The notes beneath the pieces were generated by a model. That model was not told where the DNA came from, did not search any database, and saw only the letters and a program-made list of their open reading frames with translations. DNA of 52,791 bases, filler included, from Sphacelaria rigidula (taxonomy: Eukaryota), in the NCBI GenBank assembly GCA_964200075.2. It is 3 parts of 3 records of this genome, joined end to end, with 100 filler letters (N's around TTAATTAATTAA, not from the genome) between each part and the next. Parts side by side here need not be neighbours in the genome. Positions count along the whole stretch, not along the records: positions 17,633 to 35,164 come from CAXNAA020001055.1; positions 35,265 to 52,791 come from CAXNAA020001056.1; 1 more part is not named here. The stretch is one strand, 5' to 3'. Numbering within the stretch: position 1 is the stretch's first letter; every line of letters starts with the position of its first letter. The translations under genes were made by a program, and so were the position numbers. This document shows, piece after piece, positions 25,251-38,885 of this stretch.

Positions 25251-26941
25251 TTCTCCACCACTAACTCGTACACGGACAATGATTTTGTACGTGTTTTTCA
25301 ATACTGATTCGTGTCACACAACCTGAAGTATACACATTTCAAGTCCATGATTCGTGCGGCATGACCTTGAATATACAACTTCACCATTCGTGATTCGTAC
25401 CGAATGGTGGTACATGATTCGCACTCGAACATTCATCAGGAGTCAACCCGTATGAACTCTGATTTCGTCCGAACCTTGCAACATTTGGCCATGACGTTCG
25501 TTTCTTGGAACAGGGTGAAACGGGTTTCCGCAGTTCCCCCCTTTCTCGTGGTGATGGACGGGCTGCCGCGGGTATATGATCGCAGCCAATCAAGCGAGCG
25601 GCAGTGGCGCGGGTGCTTGCTCCGAGTGCTAGACGGATGTTTATGATCCGACGACTCGCGTAGAACGAAATTGCGACAAAAACGGGCAATCTTGCTTCGA
25701 AAGCCCGTCGTCCGTTCCCATGATCGGTTGGTTTTCATCTGCCACGTTCAAGGGGAACTCCATCTGCAGGATTTACAGGTGTGCCCATTCGCAGCTGCGT
25801 GGGTCTACGGGCTTTGTCGTATATTTTATCGGCGATGATGCACAGACAGCAGGCAATATTTTACATATCATGCAGGCTATGATCACTTCGTAATTATGTT
25901 GCTGTGGATTGTTTGTTTTCATTTTCCAGGACGTATATCCCCGCGTTCGCTGATTCAGGGTCAACAACCACCACGTGCATTATTCTTCACTCCCCTTCAA
26001 GACTGAAACAACTTCAATTCGTTTTTGATAAGAAAAAGAAGACGGCATGACGTGCTCGTGTATTTTCGTTCTCCCTCGGCAATATACCTTGCTTTCACAG
26101 ACCTCCGGGTAGATTATACCACGTCGGAATGAGAACCTGCCGGTGCACTGTCCAAGGCGGTTGTAGTGAAACTTTTGCGATTCTTGGTGCACATGGTCTG
26201 ACTGTGGGTAGATAAAAACATGGTGTAAATGTACGAATCTTCAAGCTTGACACGAATCGGAAGAAGGTTCAACCACGGATGCGTTGCGTTTCTTCTACTG
26301 CTTATACGCGTTTATTTTTGATGGAGGTAATCGAATCGCCGCTGTTGGACTCGCGCACGGCAGTTCTGACGAGATGGGAGGCGCAAACAGGGGGGACGTG
26401 GTGGAGGTGAAGATAGGGCTGCTGCCGTCAGGGGAGAAGGCGGCAGCGATGCAAGGGGCAAGACGGGGACAAAGCCCAAATCGGCCATCGTCAATGCCAG
26501 ATATCCGGCGGTGGGAGAATGGCTTCCTACAGTAGTACCAGTCAAGGACATGTCTCAGCAGTGGGTAGTTGTTATGTACCGTGCAGAACAGTAGACAGAC
26601 TAGGAGAAGATAGGGGCTCGCCGGGAGGATAAGGGTACGAAAATAGATTCAACAATCAGTGATGAACACATGGCATATATGTATTTGCCACCATTCGTGT
26701 GCTCGTTGTACATACGAATAGTAGATGTACAACCTCATGATAGGTCTCGAGGCCAACAAGCTATTGTATAGTCAACTGTGTGAAAGCTCGCGCAGGAATC
26801 GGGGAAAGCGGGAAACTGCAGCAACATGTGCATGGTGGGGGGTGAAGAGTCTGGCTGAGGTTGGTGGAATAGGGCGGGAGGTGATGCACGTCTAAATTTC
26901 CGTTTCGAGTTGATTGTGAGCCATGCTTCATGGATGATGAC

Positions 26942-27327
26942 AAATGAGGTTAAACAAGAAATGACGAGTCTCAACCCCAAAACAGTGATTTCCCTACACT
27001 GAGAGTAATCATGCCCGATGACCTCCTTTTCGGCCGATTGCCCTCGATCGCGTGGAATCTGTTTCCGTGCTTTTTACCGATTTTGTAAGCCCACAGCGAT
27101 GAGCGAAAGGACGCCCCGTTTTACCCTGATTTCGGGGTAATGAATCTTCGGGAGTGTGATGCTTTCGGTCACCACTGCGGGCTTACAAAGTCGCGGTAAA
27201 AGACACAAAATTGTTTCCATGCGATCGAGAGGCATTAGGCCGACAAAAAGGTCATGATGCATAATTGCTTTTACTGCAGGGAAAAGACTGTTTGGGGTTG
27301 AGGCTCAATTTTTGTTGAACCTCATTG
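26942..27327. mobile_element. Old foldback MITE with ~170-bp diverged arms
   Basis: aatgaggttaaacaa..ctcaaccccaaaacagt pairs with actgtttggggttgagg..ttgttgaacctcatt. Inner arm matches include ctcgatcgc.tggaa and tttgtaagccc.cag. Confidence 0.75.
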
Positions 27328-28600
27328 GCTTCTCAGGGTAATAATCTCGTCAGAGTCAGACAAACCTTCTTCGACGATGACACATGACGGCAGTTTTCAG
27401 CGGAAGAACCCCTGAGCGGGTGGCCGCCACTGAGAGCGAATTCAAGTCGAAGCTTCGAATGAAAAGTTGAAGGTTTGACTTGTCCCTTTGGTTTTTTTAA
27501 GTTAACCCCTTGAATACTACGACGAGTAGGTTGGATCATCTTTCAGATCACCCACAACCGTCGCGTTCAAAAAGTTTGGACGTCGCATATTTCAAAACAC
27601 CTTCAGTGTGAATCTGAGGTTTAGCTTGAACCTTGAACCCAACAACGGTTTCATGTTGAAGCTTCAGTTCTTGTAAGGTGAAGATTCAAGTTGACCGTAA
27701 GCCTTCAGCGTTCTTCGGTTAAATCTCCAGCCCTCCTTTAGCGACCAGGGTGGGTCATCTGAGTCTTGAACCAATGTTTCAGGTGATAATGATGCCGGTT
27801 CGACAAATGGAAAACCCACTCGGGCGGGGAAAGAATCGAATCTTCCTAGTCGTTTCCGAGGTTTGGTGTGACCTTCCAAGTGGGTGCAGTCGACAGTCGA
27901 CCATGACCTTAGCCCTTCGACCGCGAGGGTAGGTCATCTAGCCATGCAGTATTTTTTTCAAGTGAAATTGGTGTTGATTCAACAGGTGACCTATGGTCGC
28001 GGCCAAAGAATTAAATCTTCGTTATTTTGTAGGCCTCATCTCAACGAGGCAAGGAAAATGATAGTATTCGTCCGATTTCATTCATTTTCTTTCGTTCCAA
28101 ATTATCCACTTTTGTGAGAGTGATTTCGGGGGAGATGAGAAGGGAGCATCAACCCTCGACATAAATCATGTAAGAACGACAGAGAAAAGAACACGAACTG
28201 CAGAATCGTTTTCATTTTCACCGTGCGTTCTCTTTTTTATTGTCTCACCAAGGGCCGTTATTATAACGGGTATGTTGTTTTCAGACTTCTCCGTGGCCTT
28301 TTTCGGACAAAAAACGTGAGTCATGCTAGGATAGGGCGGGGCGGGTATCGTTGGGTCATTTCTTCCACTGAATTCCACTCCAAATCGTCAAATCGTCGTT
28401 GAAAACAGCAACGCGGTTGTTCGAACGCGCTTGATACCGATAAAGAGGACATAATCATATTTTGCTTGACGCCAGCTATACCCAAGTTCAAGGGCACTGC
28501 GACTGTTCTACAGTAGGTCGTCTGACACACTTACGAGCCCACTTTTTTCGTGAACTCACCCCTCCACACACACACACACACACCCATACGCCCCCCTCAC

Positions 28601-28637
28601 CTCTAGACTCTTGAGTTCGCGTCGAGTGGCAACGGCG
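28601..28637 (-). CDS. Candidate 37-bp internal exon (AVATRRELKSLE)
   Basis: Minus strand: tttgttttacag|C...CTAGAG|gtgagg. Canonical acceptor and donor, one plausible open frame, followed by intronic (GT)n. Confidence 0.5.
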
Positions 28638-28965
28638 CTGTAAAACAAACCACCAAAACCAAGACATGAAAGGTACAGACCTTCACCGTACATATACCAG
28701 GGACCGTCATTAGACAAGGAAAGTCCCGGACCGACAGACACAACAGACATGCAAAACCTAAGTAATCCAATTTGTTTGCTCCCAGAAACACACAAAAATG
28801 GATATAGACATGGTATTTGTAACAAAGCTGGGCTTTTTTTGTTTCCCTAACTTTACTACTTCCTTTTCCTTAGTCACTATGTTTTTTCCTTCCTGTACAG
28901 GATTTTTCTTCTTCCTCTTCCTCTTTCTCTACATTTCTCTTTTTCTTTCGTCTTGTTTTTCTTCG

Positions 28966-29446
28966 ATACCATTTCACAGCCCAGACATAGACATGAAACA
29001 GGGAAACTAAATATCCTCTTGCTGAAACTACCATGACACAGCAGCTCGGACATGGACATGAAATAAAGAAGCTACTCCTCTTCTTCATTAACCTACCGTA
29101 ATATAACCCGGACATGGACATGAAATGAAAAAGCTAACCCTCCTTTTTCTTGAACCTACGATAACACAGCCCGGACATGGACATGAAATGCAGAAGCTAA
29201 CCCTCTTTTTTTCTTGAACATACTATGAAACAGCCCGAACATGGACATGGGATAAAGAAGCTAACCCTCCCTTTTCTTGAACCTACCGTAACACAGTCCG
29301 GACATAGTCTATGGAATAGAGAAGTCAGCCCTCTTTCTTCCATAACATATCTTAAGACAGCCCGGACATCGACATGAAATGAATAAGCTAACCACCCCTT
29401 TCCTTCAACCTACCATAACACAGCCCGACCGAACATAAACGTGGAA
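28966..29446. repeat. ~63-bp minisatellite, about 8 copies
   Basis: Consensus cagcccggacatggacatgaaatgaagaagctaaccctcctttttcttgaacctaccataaca repeated from 28977. Confidence 0.92.
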
Positions 29447-29813
29447 TAGCAAAAAAATGACAGATCTACTTTTATCACGGTGACAGGCTGGATACCTCTT
29501 GTATCAGCTGTCCTCGTGAAAGAAGTGCACTGTCAATATCGAGTGTCAATCTACACTGTGTGTTCACGCGGGAGGTTATCGCGCCTATTAAATCAAATAA
29601 GAAGCTGGTTCTCACTTTAGTTAACTTGACGATTCTCGCTCCTAACTTCCACCCGTAATCACCAAAGGCAATGTAGTGGTTGATGCTGAATGTCCTAGCA
29701 GAGAGTGACGGAGGTATACGGGGGCAACACCTCTCCTCGTCTTCGATCTACAGCCGGGAGGCGTGCTGCCTCCCGGGGACTGGGAAAAACACCAGTCTGA
29801 TCTGTATGCACAA

Positions 29814-30067
29814 TACTTTCTACGATACCCCCCCCCCAAATCAGCCCAAAAGTGTCACCCAAAAAATGGCCATACAGCGCCTGCCTAATGTTTGTGTTCA
29901 GGCTGCATGAAGCGCTTTATATTGGCGAGATTGGCTAGAGCGAACCCAAGCGTGGGAACTCCCAGCTGCTCGTTGTGCGCTCGGCTTTTCCCATTTCGAT
30001 TTACGTGGACATTTTGCCCCCCCCAAAACATGCACTTTTTTGCCGGGGGGGGCTATCGTAGAAAGTG
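29814..30067. mobile_element. Small TIR element (MITE)
   Basis: actttctacgata-poly(C) at the left end pairs with poly(G)-ctatcgtagaaagtg at the right end. No clear TSD. Confidence 0.65.
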
Positions 30068-31629
30068 TCGCACCTGCCCCAGGAATCCAAGGGATTCCGT
30101 GTGCCTATGATTCGTACAGGAAGATCTCGCATTACTGTTCAACTCTTGTGGCCTGCGGGTCTGGGGAGGAGGTACTATAAATGCCTCTCCATCTCATGAC
30201 ACTTTCCCATACGAAGTCGGAAAACAACCGAAATTCTCCCCCCCCATATCATAACAAACGTGAGACAAGAATAAAGCCAAAACCTAGACATGTGAGAAAT
30301 AGCGTGAAGGTTGACCACCTTACATGCAAATCGAAAATGCAGAAGATGTGCCAGTACGGATAGGGCAGGGTCATCACCCCTTCCATGTCAAATTCACATG
30401 AAGGTTGGGGTCTCGCGGTGAGACACCCGTAAAACCTTACCGGTTGCCATTGGGCGGTGGAAGTCTGGTCAGCCATTTCCAGAAATTTCCGACAACAGGT
30501 GAAAAAGGCGCCTAATGAAGGGAAAGGAGTGGATAACGCATGACATGAACGTCAATACCTACTGCACTCATGAAACAAACACCTTACCGATGACCGACCA
30601 CATGACCTACGAGAAGGAGCACCAAGCGGTACGAAGACTTCTTGAGATCTTGAAGGATAGAAGCTGGTATAAAGTGTGGGGGAATCGTTGTCCAAGCTTT
30701 CGGCAGCGGAGGTCTACTCGAAAGCGTCAGTGGAGTAGCGACCCGTGGTGAGTCGTACACGGAGTGAAAGAGGGATGTACGAAACATCCCGGTGTGAGTA
30801 AGACCTTGTGTTCTGCAAGCCATCCTTGAACCTTAAACGGTGAAAATGACCTCCCTGGGAGATTAAGAAAGAAGGCACGATCGTGGGACGCCTGGATGGT
30901 TTACCATGAAGATCGCCTGGCACAAACGTGGGATACCTATGTCAAAGGTGTTGAACTTGGCTTTAGGCTACGAGCCCGTGTTGGAGGCATTATTTAGTGT
31001 CGATGAGCCAGCAAATGAAGTAAAAGGAACCAGACCCCCAACAAGTACTAGGATCTGGATGTCCCAGTACGTTAACTACATCCCACCAATACAATTAAAA
31101 CGAACAAGCTGTAGAATCTCTAGAGAGAGGTCGAGAGAGAGACGGTAAGGAAGGCCGGACGGAGAAGCAAAGAAAGATTGGTCGGGTAAAGTACGAGTAG
31201 TGCTGGTATTCGGAGTCCGTAACGATATGACGAGAATAGAGTTTTAAAATAAATGCAATGGAGTTGGACTATACTGTTTGGCAAGAGGAAAAGTTCACAG
31301 GAAGTAAGAACACTTCCGAGTCACGCTAAAACAGAGCGCGAGTAATGAGTGGAAAATGATGGAGACAAGTAAGGTGTCGGCATGGGTTAGAAGAGTAGGA
31401 TGGAGAGTATGCATTGCTAATGGAACAACAAACCTACTATGTAGTCCATGGGTAAACGGGGGGAGAGAGAGATGCAGGAACAGGTAAATGCGCGGAAGGG
31501 GAACAGGAGGGGACGAAGCGGTACGAAGCAAATAGACAAATATCATCCTAAAAAACGGGAAGAAGAATCAGGCATGGGAAAGTAAAAGTAAAAGCGACGG
31601 AGAGAGAACAATAGACAACAGGAGCGCAG

Positions 31630-34600
31630 GTTATGATTCGTAGAGGTAGTTGAGAATAGGATCGTGTAACGTGTGTGGCTTCGCTACAGACGAGCGCAAA
31701 ATAAAAAGAAATAGCGCAACAAGTGAGTAAATACGACCTGAATATACTAGGAATCCAAGAGTCATGGGAGAAAGAGGGGGTGGGAATAGGATGCAAAGTT
31801 GAAGAGTACGCATGGATAGGGAAAAAGCGAAAGGGACATAAGCCCACGAGCAGGGGAGCGGGGGGAGTAGGAATCTTAGTCAAGGACCACCACCTGTGTG
31901 TGACATTATCGAAGTGTTCGACGACACCAAATTCGACGAGAGCATATGGATAAGGGTGCCAGGGTAAGGGTGCCAGGAGAGCGGCAAACGAAGGACATTT
32001 TCGTAGGGAACATTCATATGCCCCCAGAATCGAAGAGTAGGGTGATCAATGGTCAGCGTAGGTTTGGAGAGATAGCAGCAGATGTACATAAGTATAAAGG
32101 CAAGGCGGAGAAATGTTAGTGGGAGATTTCAATGCAAGGGTAGGAAGAGCAGGTCAACCGGATGATATTACTGAGCAATACGGGGAAGATAAGAAGAGCA
32201 CGAACGGGGTAGAAATGCTGAAGTTCCTCAAGTATAACGAGATAAAGACGCTGAACGATAGAGTACACTAGCCAGAGGCGCAATGGAAATGGACTAGATA
32301 ATACAAAAACGAAATGGAGCGTTCCGTTCTTGACTATATAGTGGTAGAACATGGAAATGGTGAAGAAATAGAGATACACGTATGCGCAGGGGACGTGGGA
32401 ACCACAGATCACTGCCTAACATGGACAGAAAGCCAACAAATGAGAGCTAGAAGAAATAGGCGGGGTAGAAAGTTGTACAAATGGAGAGTCAATAGACTGG
32501 ATATGGAAGAAAATCAGCAAGAGTTCCAAGAGGAGATGGCCCAAAATGCAGTAAAACATTCCGAGCTGTTGGAACGCGTACGTACAGTCGATACCGAAAT
32601 GGAAAGAAATCGGTCAGGAGCGAAGATCGTACAAGGATGGGAGCAGCTGGTCAAGAACAGCGAGTAAAGTCATAGGGGAGAAACTGATATTATGCAATAA
32701 GATAGTTAAATGGTCGGAGGAGGAAGTGAAAGAGGCTATGAGAGTAAGGAGAGAGACCTACGCGAGATGGATGTCGAGCAAAACTACGGGAGGATGGGAG
32801 GAATATACTAAAGCTCGAAAGGAAGTAAACAAGATGGTGCAGAGGAAAAAGAAGGAAGTAAGAAAAGGCGTAACGAATAAAACAAATTAAGATTTCGATG
32901 GCGGGATGAAACAAATGTGGGTAGGGATGAAAGGGATTATGGAAAACCAGGTAAGAAATATAGACAATGGGATAGCCACACTACGGGCACAGAATGGTAA
33001 AATGGTCAATAGCTCGAAGGAGGAGAAAGAAGTGCTGGTCGAGCACTAGCGAAAACTAGGAACACCAAAAACTAACACGGAGTTCGACAAGGAATTCGAA
33101 AACGAGATCAACGAGTGGGCAGAAGGAAACGTAGAGGCGTCAAAACGGGAGGATAGTGGCTCGAAAGAATTGAAGAGATATTTCACCGAAGATGAAGTGA
33201 AGGAGGGCGTAGCTAAACTCAAGAGTAGGAAGGCAGCAACGGCAGGCAGGATAGTGAATGGATTTCTGAAGTACGGGGGGAGGGAATGATTACCATGGTT
33301 ATGCTGTACAACTGGATGTGGGGAAACGAGTACACGCCCAAGGGGTGGAGAGAAGGAGTAGTTGTCAATCATTTCATGAAAGGAGACAAGGCTGGCCCAG
33401 GGAACCATAGAGGGGTGACGCTACTGAGCACGGTAGGGAAAACGTTCTGTAAGATTCCGAAAGAGTAGGAACGATGCTAGAAAAGGACGAAAAAATCAGC
33501 GAGGGATACGCAGGTTTCAGACCAAACCGTAGTGGCGAGGGCCATGTGTACACACTACGTAATATTATCCAAGGTAGGAACGACGCCGGGCTGATAACGT
33601 ACTGCTTCTTTCTGGACGCGCAAAAGGCATATGGCACAGTATGGAGAATGGACTGTGAAAAACATTGTGGGACTCTGGGATCAGAGGAAAGATGTGGAAA
33701 TGGTGAAGAAGATGACAGAATGCGCCAAAAGTGTCATGATGCTATTAGACGAGGAAATATCGAATATTTGGATAGTTTACAAGGAGTTGCGCAAGGATGT
33801 ACGTTATCACCCACTTTATTCAAGGTATTCATTAGTGACCTGATATTAGCGGTAGAAGCAGCGAAGCAAGGAGTCAAGGTGAGTGAAGATGTGATATCAG
33901 ATTTGATGTTCGCAGATGATTTTGTGGGGATTTCAGGAACAGCAGAAGTTTTGCAAAAATAAAACAGAAAAGGCTCTAGAATATACCGGGAAATGGAGAA
34001 TGACAGCGACTGTTGAAAAATGCGCGGTACTCGTCTGTCACGAACAGAAGAGAGATCCGGTAGGTTTCAAATGGAAGTGGGGGGACGAGGAACTGCCGAT
34101 CGTAGACCAGTATACATACCTTGGTGTCGAAATCTTAAGCAACTGTTCTTGGGACGCACAAATAAATAAAGTAATAGAAAAGGGTAAAGCACATATAGGC
34201 AGGATGGACGTTATCCTCAGAGATTCGCACCTAGACATGAGCATTAAGAAAGATGTTTCCTGATGAACGTGATCGTACCAAAACTGGAATATGCAGGAGA
34301 AGTATGGGAAGGGAACGTAAAGTTGGTGAAAAAGTTGGAAACAGTGCAGATGGCAGCAGCTAAGGAGATACTTGGATGCTCAAAGACGATACGTAATGCA
34401 GCATTGAGAGCAGAGTTGGGAATGTACTCGATCAAAACAAACAGAGGTATGAGGAAATTGAGGTGGCAATGTAACGTAAAGAACATTCAGATAAAAAGAT
34501 TGCCAGCTATAGTTGATAGGGCTCTATGGAAGAAAGTACGAAAGGGCATGCTGGAAGAAGTTGGGATAGAGAAGGGGGGGAAGTATGGAATGAGATACGA

Positions 34601-34680
34601 GGAAACCAAGACAAGATATTATATCGTCCATAGGTGAAGGCGCGAAGTACAAGACAAAAGTAGGAGACATGATAAAAATA
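31630..34680 (+). mobile_element. Decayed non-LTR retrotransposon (LINE) ORF2: AP endonuclease plus reverse transcriptase
   Basis: APE motifs IGSCNVCGF, ILGIQESW, GGVGILVK, VGDFNARVG, SVLDYIVV, TDHC. RT motifs NHRGVTLLSTVGK, GFRPNRS, FLDAQKAYGTVWR, GVAQGCTLSPTLF, MFADDFV, YTYLGV. Many stops and frameshifts. Purine-rich leader from ~31100 may be an ORF1 remnant. Confidence 0.93.
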
Positions 34681-34681
34681 A

Positions 34682-35075
34682 GGGTCTTGCTATTTACGTC
34701 AACGTTGACGTAATCTGTTACATCCGTCAACGTTCAGCATCCGTCCCACAAGCCCCGCATGGACACAGCAACACATGGAAAACACTCACACAGTCTCCAG
34801 CTATCGTTCAAGCCATCGCACGGAGCAAACGGACCCGTAACGGATGAGATACATGCTTATGGCAGAGTGAGCACTCTTGTGGCATGCCACCATGCATCAT
34901 ACATGTATCTCATCCGTTACGGGTCCGTTCGCTCCGTGCGATGGCTTGAACGATAACTGGAGACTGTGTGAGTGTTTTCCATGTGTTGCTGTGTCCATGC
35001 GAGGCTTGTGGGACGGATGCTGAACGTTGACGGATGTAACAGATTACGTCAACGTTGACGTAAATAGCAAGACCC
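34682..35075. mobile_element. Young PIF/Harbinger (Tourist-like) foldback MITE
   Basis: 174-bp arms (34682-34855 and 34902-35075) with 3 mismatches. GGGTCTTGC termini. TAA TSD at 34679-81 and 35076-78. Confidence 0.92.
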
Positions 35076-35164
35076 TAATAATAAGGGGAAAAAACAGCCG
35101 ATCATCTATGTTGAGGATGGTGCTTTTCATTGAGGATGAGAACCCGGAGGATTAAAATCTTCGT

Positions 35165-35264
35165 NNNNNNNNNNNNNNNNNNNNNNNNNNNNNNNNNNNN
35201 NNNNNNNNTTAATTAATTAANNNNNNNNNNNNNNNNNNNNNNNNNNNNNNNNNNNNNNNNNNNN
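35165..35264. other. Assembly spacer N44-TTAATTAATTAA-N44
   Basis: Same linker as at 17533-17632. Confidence 0.97.
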
Positions 35265-35346
35265 CGTAGGGATGCGAGGTCAATGGTCTTATGACTATGG
35301 CATGCATGATCATGAGTACACCCCCCCTCTTCTTCCTCCTCCTCAC

Positions 35347-35484
35347 TTTGACGGTAAACCAGCTGCCCCCTCTAGTCAAAGGAGTGTACCGCATCTCCGC
35401 CCCAGCTTTGTTCAGACGCGGGTCGTATCCTCCGAGCACCATGGTGCCACCGTGAGAAGAGAAGCACAGGGAAAACGTGCGCTC
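35347..35484 (-). CDS. A1 aspartic protease exon (ERTFSLCFSSHGGTMVLGGYDP...SWFTVK)
   Basis: ttttgcag|GAG...AAA|gtgagg; 138 bp, phase 0/0. The FSLCF..GG..LGGYD motif is typical of pepsin-like proteases. Confidence 0.9.
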
Positions 35485-36674
35485 CTGCAAAATACATGCC
35501 GGACAAATGTACAGTACGTTTCAGGTACCCCGAACGAACTTTCAAAACACTTCGTTGCAGTCGAAGCATCGAGAGCACAATTTCGTAGGTTCGTCGATTG
35601 ATACTCCAGGTATGCCGAAATACTCAGTGCTCTCGGCAGTCGATACGTGGGTACCCTGGGAAACTCAATTATGAACAGCGACTCTTGACACATGCGCACA
35701 TGGCGAAAGACATGCGCGAAATGTGAGAATAATACATTTAAAAGTCCTGAGGTGTGAAAATACAAGAAGCCAACAGGCGAACACTGCGGATGCGTCATGT
35801 GCTATGTAATTGCGTGAAATGATCCAAACATTGCGTGTCCAAAACGAACGTGGCACGAGAGCACGCAAACACATGGGTAGGTAGCGCGGGCGTCTGATGC
35901 TCGTAGTGAGAAGTGAGCGCGAATATGTAAAAACGTGTAGCTAGAGTACGAGTGTGCCAGCGCGAGCTCGTAACTAGCGGGCACATCAGGTCTTCACCAG
36001 CATTATCGACATCAAGAAATAATCCTCGTATTGACGCTGTAGGCACAATATCGCCAGGAACACTCCAACGTCGGTACCCTCAAAACGATAACTGAGTAGC
36101 ATTCCTTGTTTCCGAGCACCGTGCCGAATGGGCATCGAATATTCTTCGGGGTCCTCAAGGCCCCGGTCGAGTTGTGTTTGTAAAAAAGAGTCGCCCACTA
36201 CACTGCAATGGTCATCTTCTGTGAAGAATCGGTAGCATTTCGCGCCTGAGGGGTTACATGTTCTTCTGTACGAGTTTGTACTACTAATACGATGCGACAC
36301 AAAGGTAATGGGGGTCAGATATGACATCGAAATTTAACCCTTTCGGCGGAAAATATGGTGCATGGGCCGTAGATGGAGCCCCGAAAAGGTGCGAAGAACA
36401 AATGCCCGCATTTGATTCAACAGTATACACATATGGGTCTGGGTCACGGCATCGCGGAATATTGGGGGGACGCTTGCATACAGTAAGGATGTCGTCAGCT
36501 GTAGCGTCGGCATTGCCGCCTTCGAAGGTAAGACGGCGATAATGTTCAGAGAAGAGATCAAGCGCTCAAACGGTTAAGAGTAAAAATGTCACCATGCGCA
36601 TCCATTGTAGTCCGTTTCCAGTAGACTGTATCAGAAACATATCCAAACCGCACAAATACAATGCTGATCCGCAC

Positions 36675-36881
36675 CTGTATCTTTGCCGCCGCCGCTAGTT
36701 GCCATGCCAATGTATGCTTGTTGGCGCCCATTCCCATAATGCCATCCGCGAGTTGGGAATTGAATAGACCCGTCTGGCTCTGGATGCACCCAAACATAAA
36801 GTCCACAGCGTAGGCGGATTCATCCTGAGAGAGCTGCTTGTCCTCTAGCGTGAGCTCCCCTACCCACAGAACGTCCTCTAC
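36675..36881 (-). CDS. A1 aspartic protease exon (VEDVLWVG...FMFGCIQSQTGLFNSQLADGIMGMG...KIQ)
   Basis: gagcag|GTA...CAG|gtgcgg; 207 bp, phase 0/0. FGC and DGIMG motifs. Confidence 0.92.
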
Positions 36882-38885
36882 CTGCTCGCTCGCAGCCAGT
36901 GAACAAAACAACAGCTGCTTCAGCTCAGCAGGCAAGAGATTATCACGTGTAAGGGATGTTTGCTGTACGGTATACACCCTCAAGGCTTCATACTTGTATG
37001 TTGTCAACCCAGAGACACATGTGGATCGCCACTCACAGAGGTTTCTGATACGTACTTCGTGCACTCCTTTCGCCGTAAGTGACATGTTGGAACACGCACC
37101 ACGCAGACCATGCGTACTTCACCTCCTCTATTCGCGGTACATGTCATTTCGGAACACACCACGAGAATACCTGTCGCGTCGTTTGAACTAGTACCTACTG
37201 AACCCTTCGAAGATCTACATTTCCTCAAAAAATTAAGCCTAATCGAAGGTGCGGATTTCGAGGTTTGACGGCGTACGATCGTTGTAAACATGACGTAAAA
37301 GAAGAGAAACGCACGGATTTTATATAATAAAATAAATTGCATAGGCGTGCGGTTTGCAGCAGCGATAGAGTTCGTCCGTGACAGATATCCGGTGCCTGAG
37401 TTTTTCATCCTTATTTTTCACCCCTGACATGATATTTGTTTGAGCTAATCGAACGTGGAACGGTTGAAGTCATCATGCACACGCACACGTAGACCGTGAG
37501 CGACCACGTATGCTGTGAGCTAGAGTTTACGAAGAAATACCGGTGATTTCCCACGTCGCCGCATGGGCTTCGAAACCGCCTCTAGACCTGAACCACCGAC
37601 AAGAGACCATCACTCATGTGACGGAAGGCCGGGTGCCGTTAGCGTGGTTCCTACTCGCTATCGTTCACATGAAAAAATACTGGGACCATATACAGTGCAG
37701 TGTGAGGACGAACAAACCAATATCTCGGCGAAAACCCACGCGTCGGAAAAATAGTAGGGTACTCAGTCATACACTATTAATACCTGAGAGAACGGAAAAC
37801 AACGCATAGAACGTTTGAAAATTCAAGTACCACGCACATGCTCCTGTGCGCTTTACCTTCCAAGGTTTGGGAGCTCTACAAAACATTCATCACTGGTACG
37901 TGACCGATATCACATAGCGCTTGCGGGATGGTTTTCACCAGCGTTCGACCCGACAGGCGGTTCGTCATGATCACCCCGCAGCATGGCATGTTCTTCAATT
38001 CATGACCGGAGATTAGACTGCGGTAGTTGTTTCAGCTCCTCCCGAACATCCGAACCTCGGCCCGTTCCCACTCGCCAACACCAAGCGCATATCCACGCCC
38101 TCAGTGAGAAGAGGCCATATCTTCGAGGGAGCACATGTCGTGACGACCAACAACAGGATTCACGCGCTGTTTGTTCCGCGTTGTTTGCTCTTAGCTGGTC
38201 CATAGCAAGTGCAGTCTAAATGTTCGACGTCGGTGAGAGGGGCAGTGTAGACTAACCAACGTTTGGGAAATCGACGGTTGTGGTGTGATGCATTCACCAA
38301 CACGTATCCACAGCTGTGTGTACTTGAAAGCCGTAGTTATTGATCAACTGAGTGTGACACTCTTGGCTCTGGGCAGATGGGTTCACAATTGAACGAAAAT
38401 GAATATATCTGTCAGACGGGCGCCGTTCAACACACACCACAAACGGTCAATGACTCCATCGTGCGCAATTTCCATGACCTCAGGCAATTGTTCCTCGAGA
38501 GCATACATTTGCTCAATAAAAGACTGGGCAGCGTCCCGCAGTACACGAGAGTTAAACATTTAGTCTCCGATATACCGAAACTAAAATTCAGCGGATTTAC
38601 TGCTCTGGTCGTTAAGACTGATCTAGGCTAGTTAGAGGGCACTCATCGCTAACGCGAACAGCACGCCTGGGAGAGCATTCCCTTGGACTGCTCAAATTCG
38701 TGCATAGAAAAGATACACGCACGAGGGCTCGAATGTTCTGGTCGTTCATGTTGTTTGGGTACATCACTTGCTTGTCCTGCGCTGATTGATGCCCACCGGG
38801 TAACTCGGTTCCGGAGTGGCTATGTACTCAAAAGACCGTCACATGGGCCGACCACCTAGTAGTGCAACAACTATGTACCAAGTAC

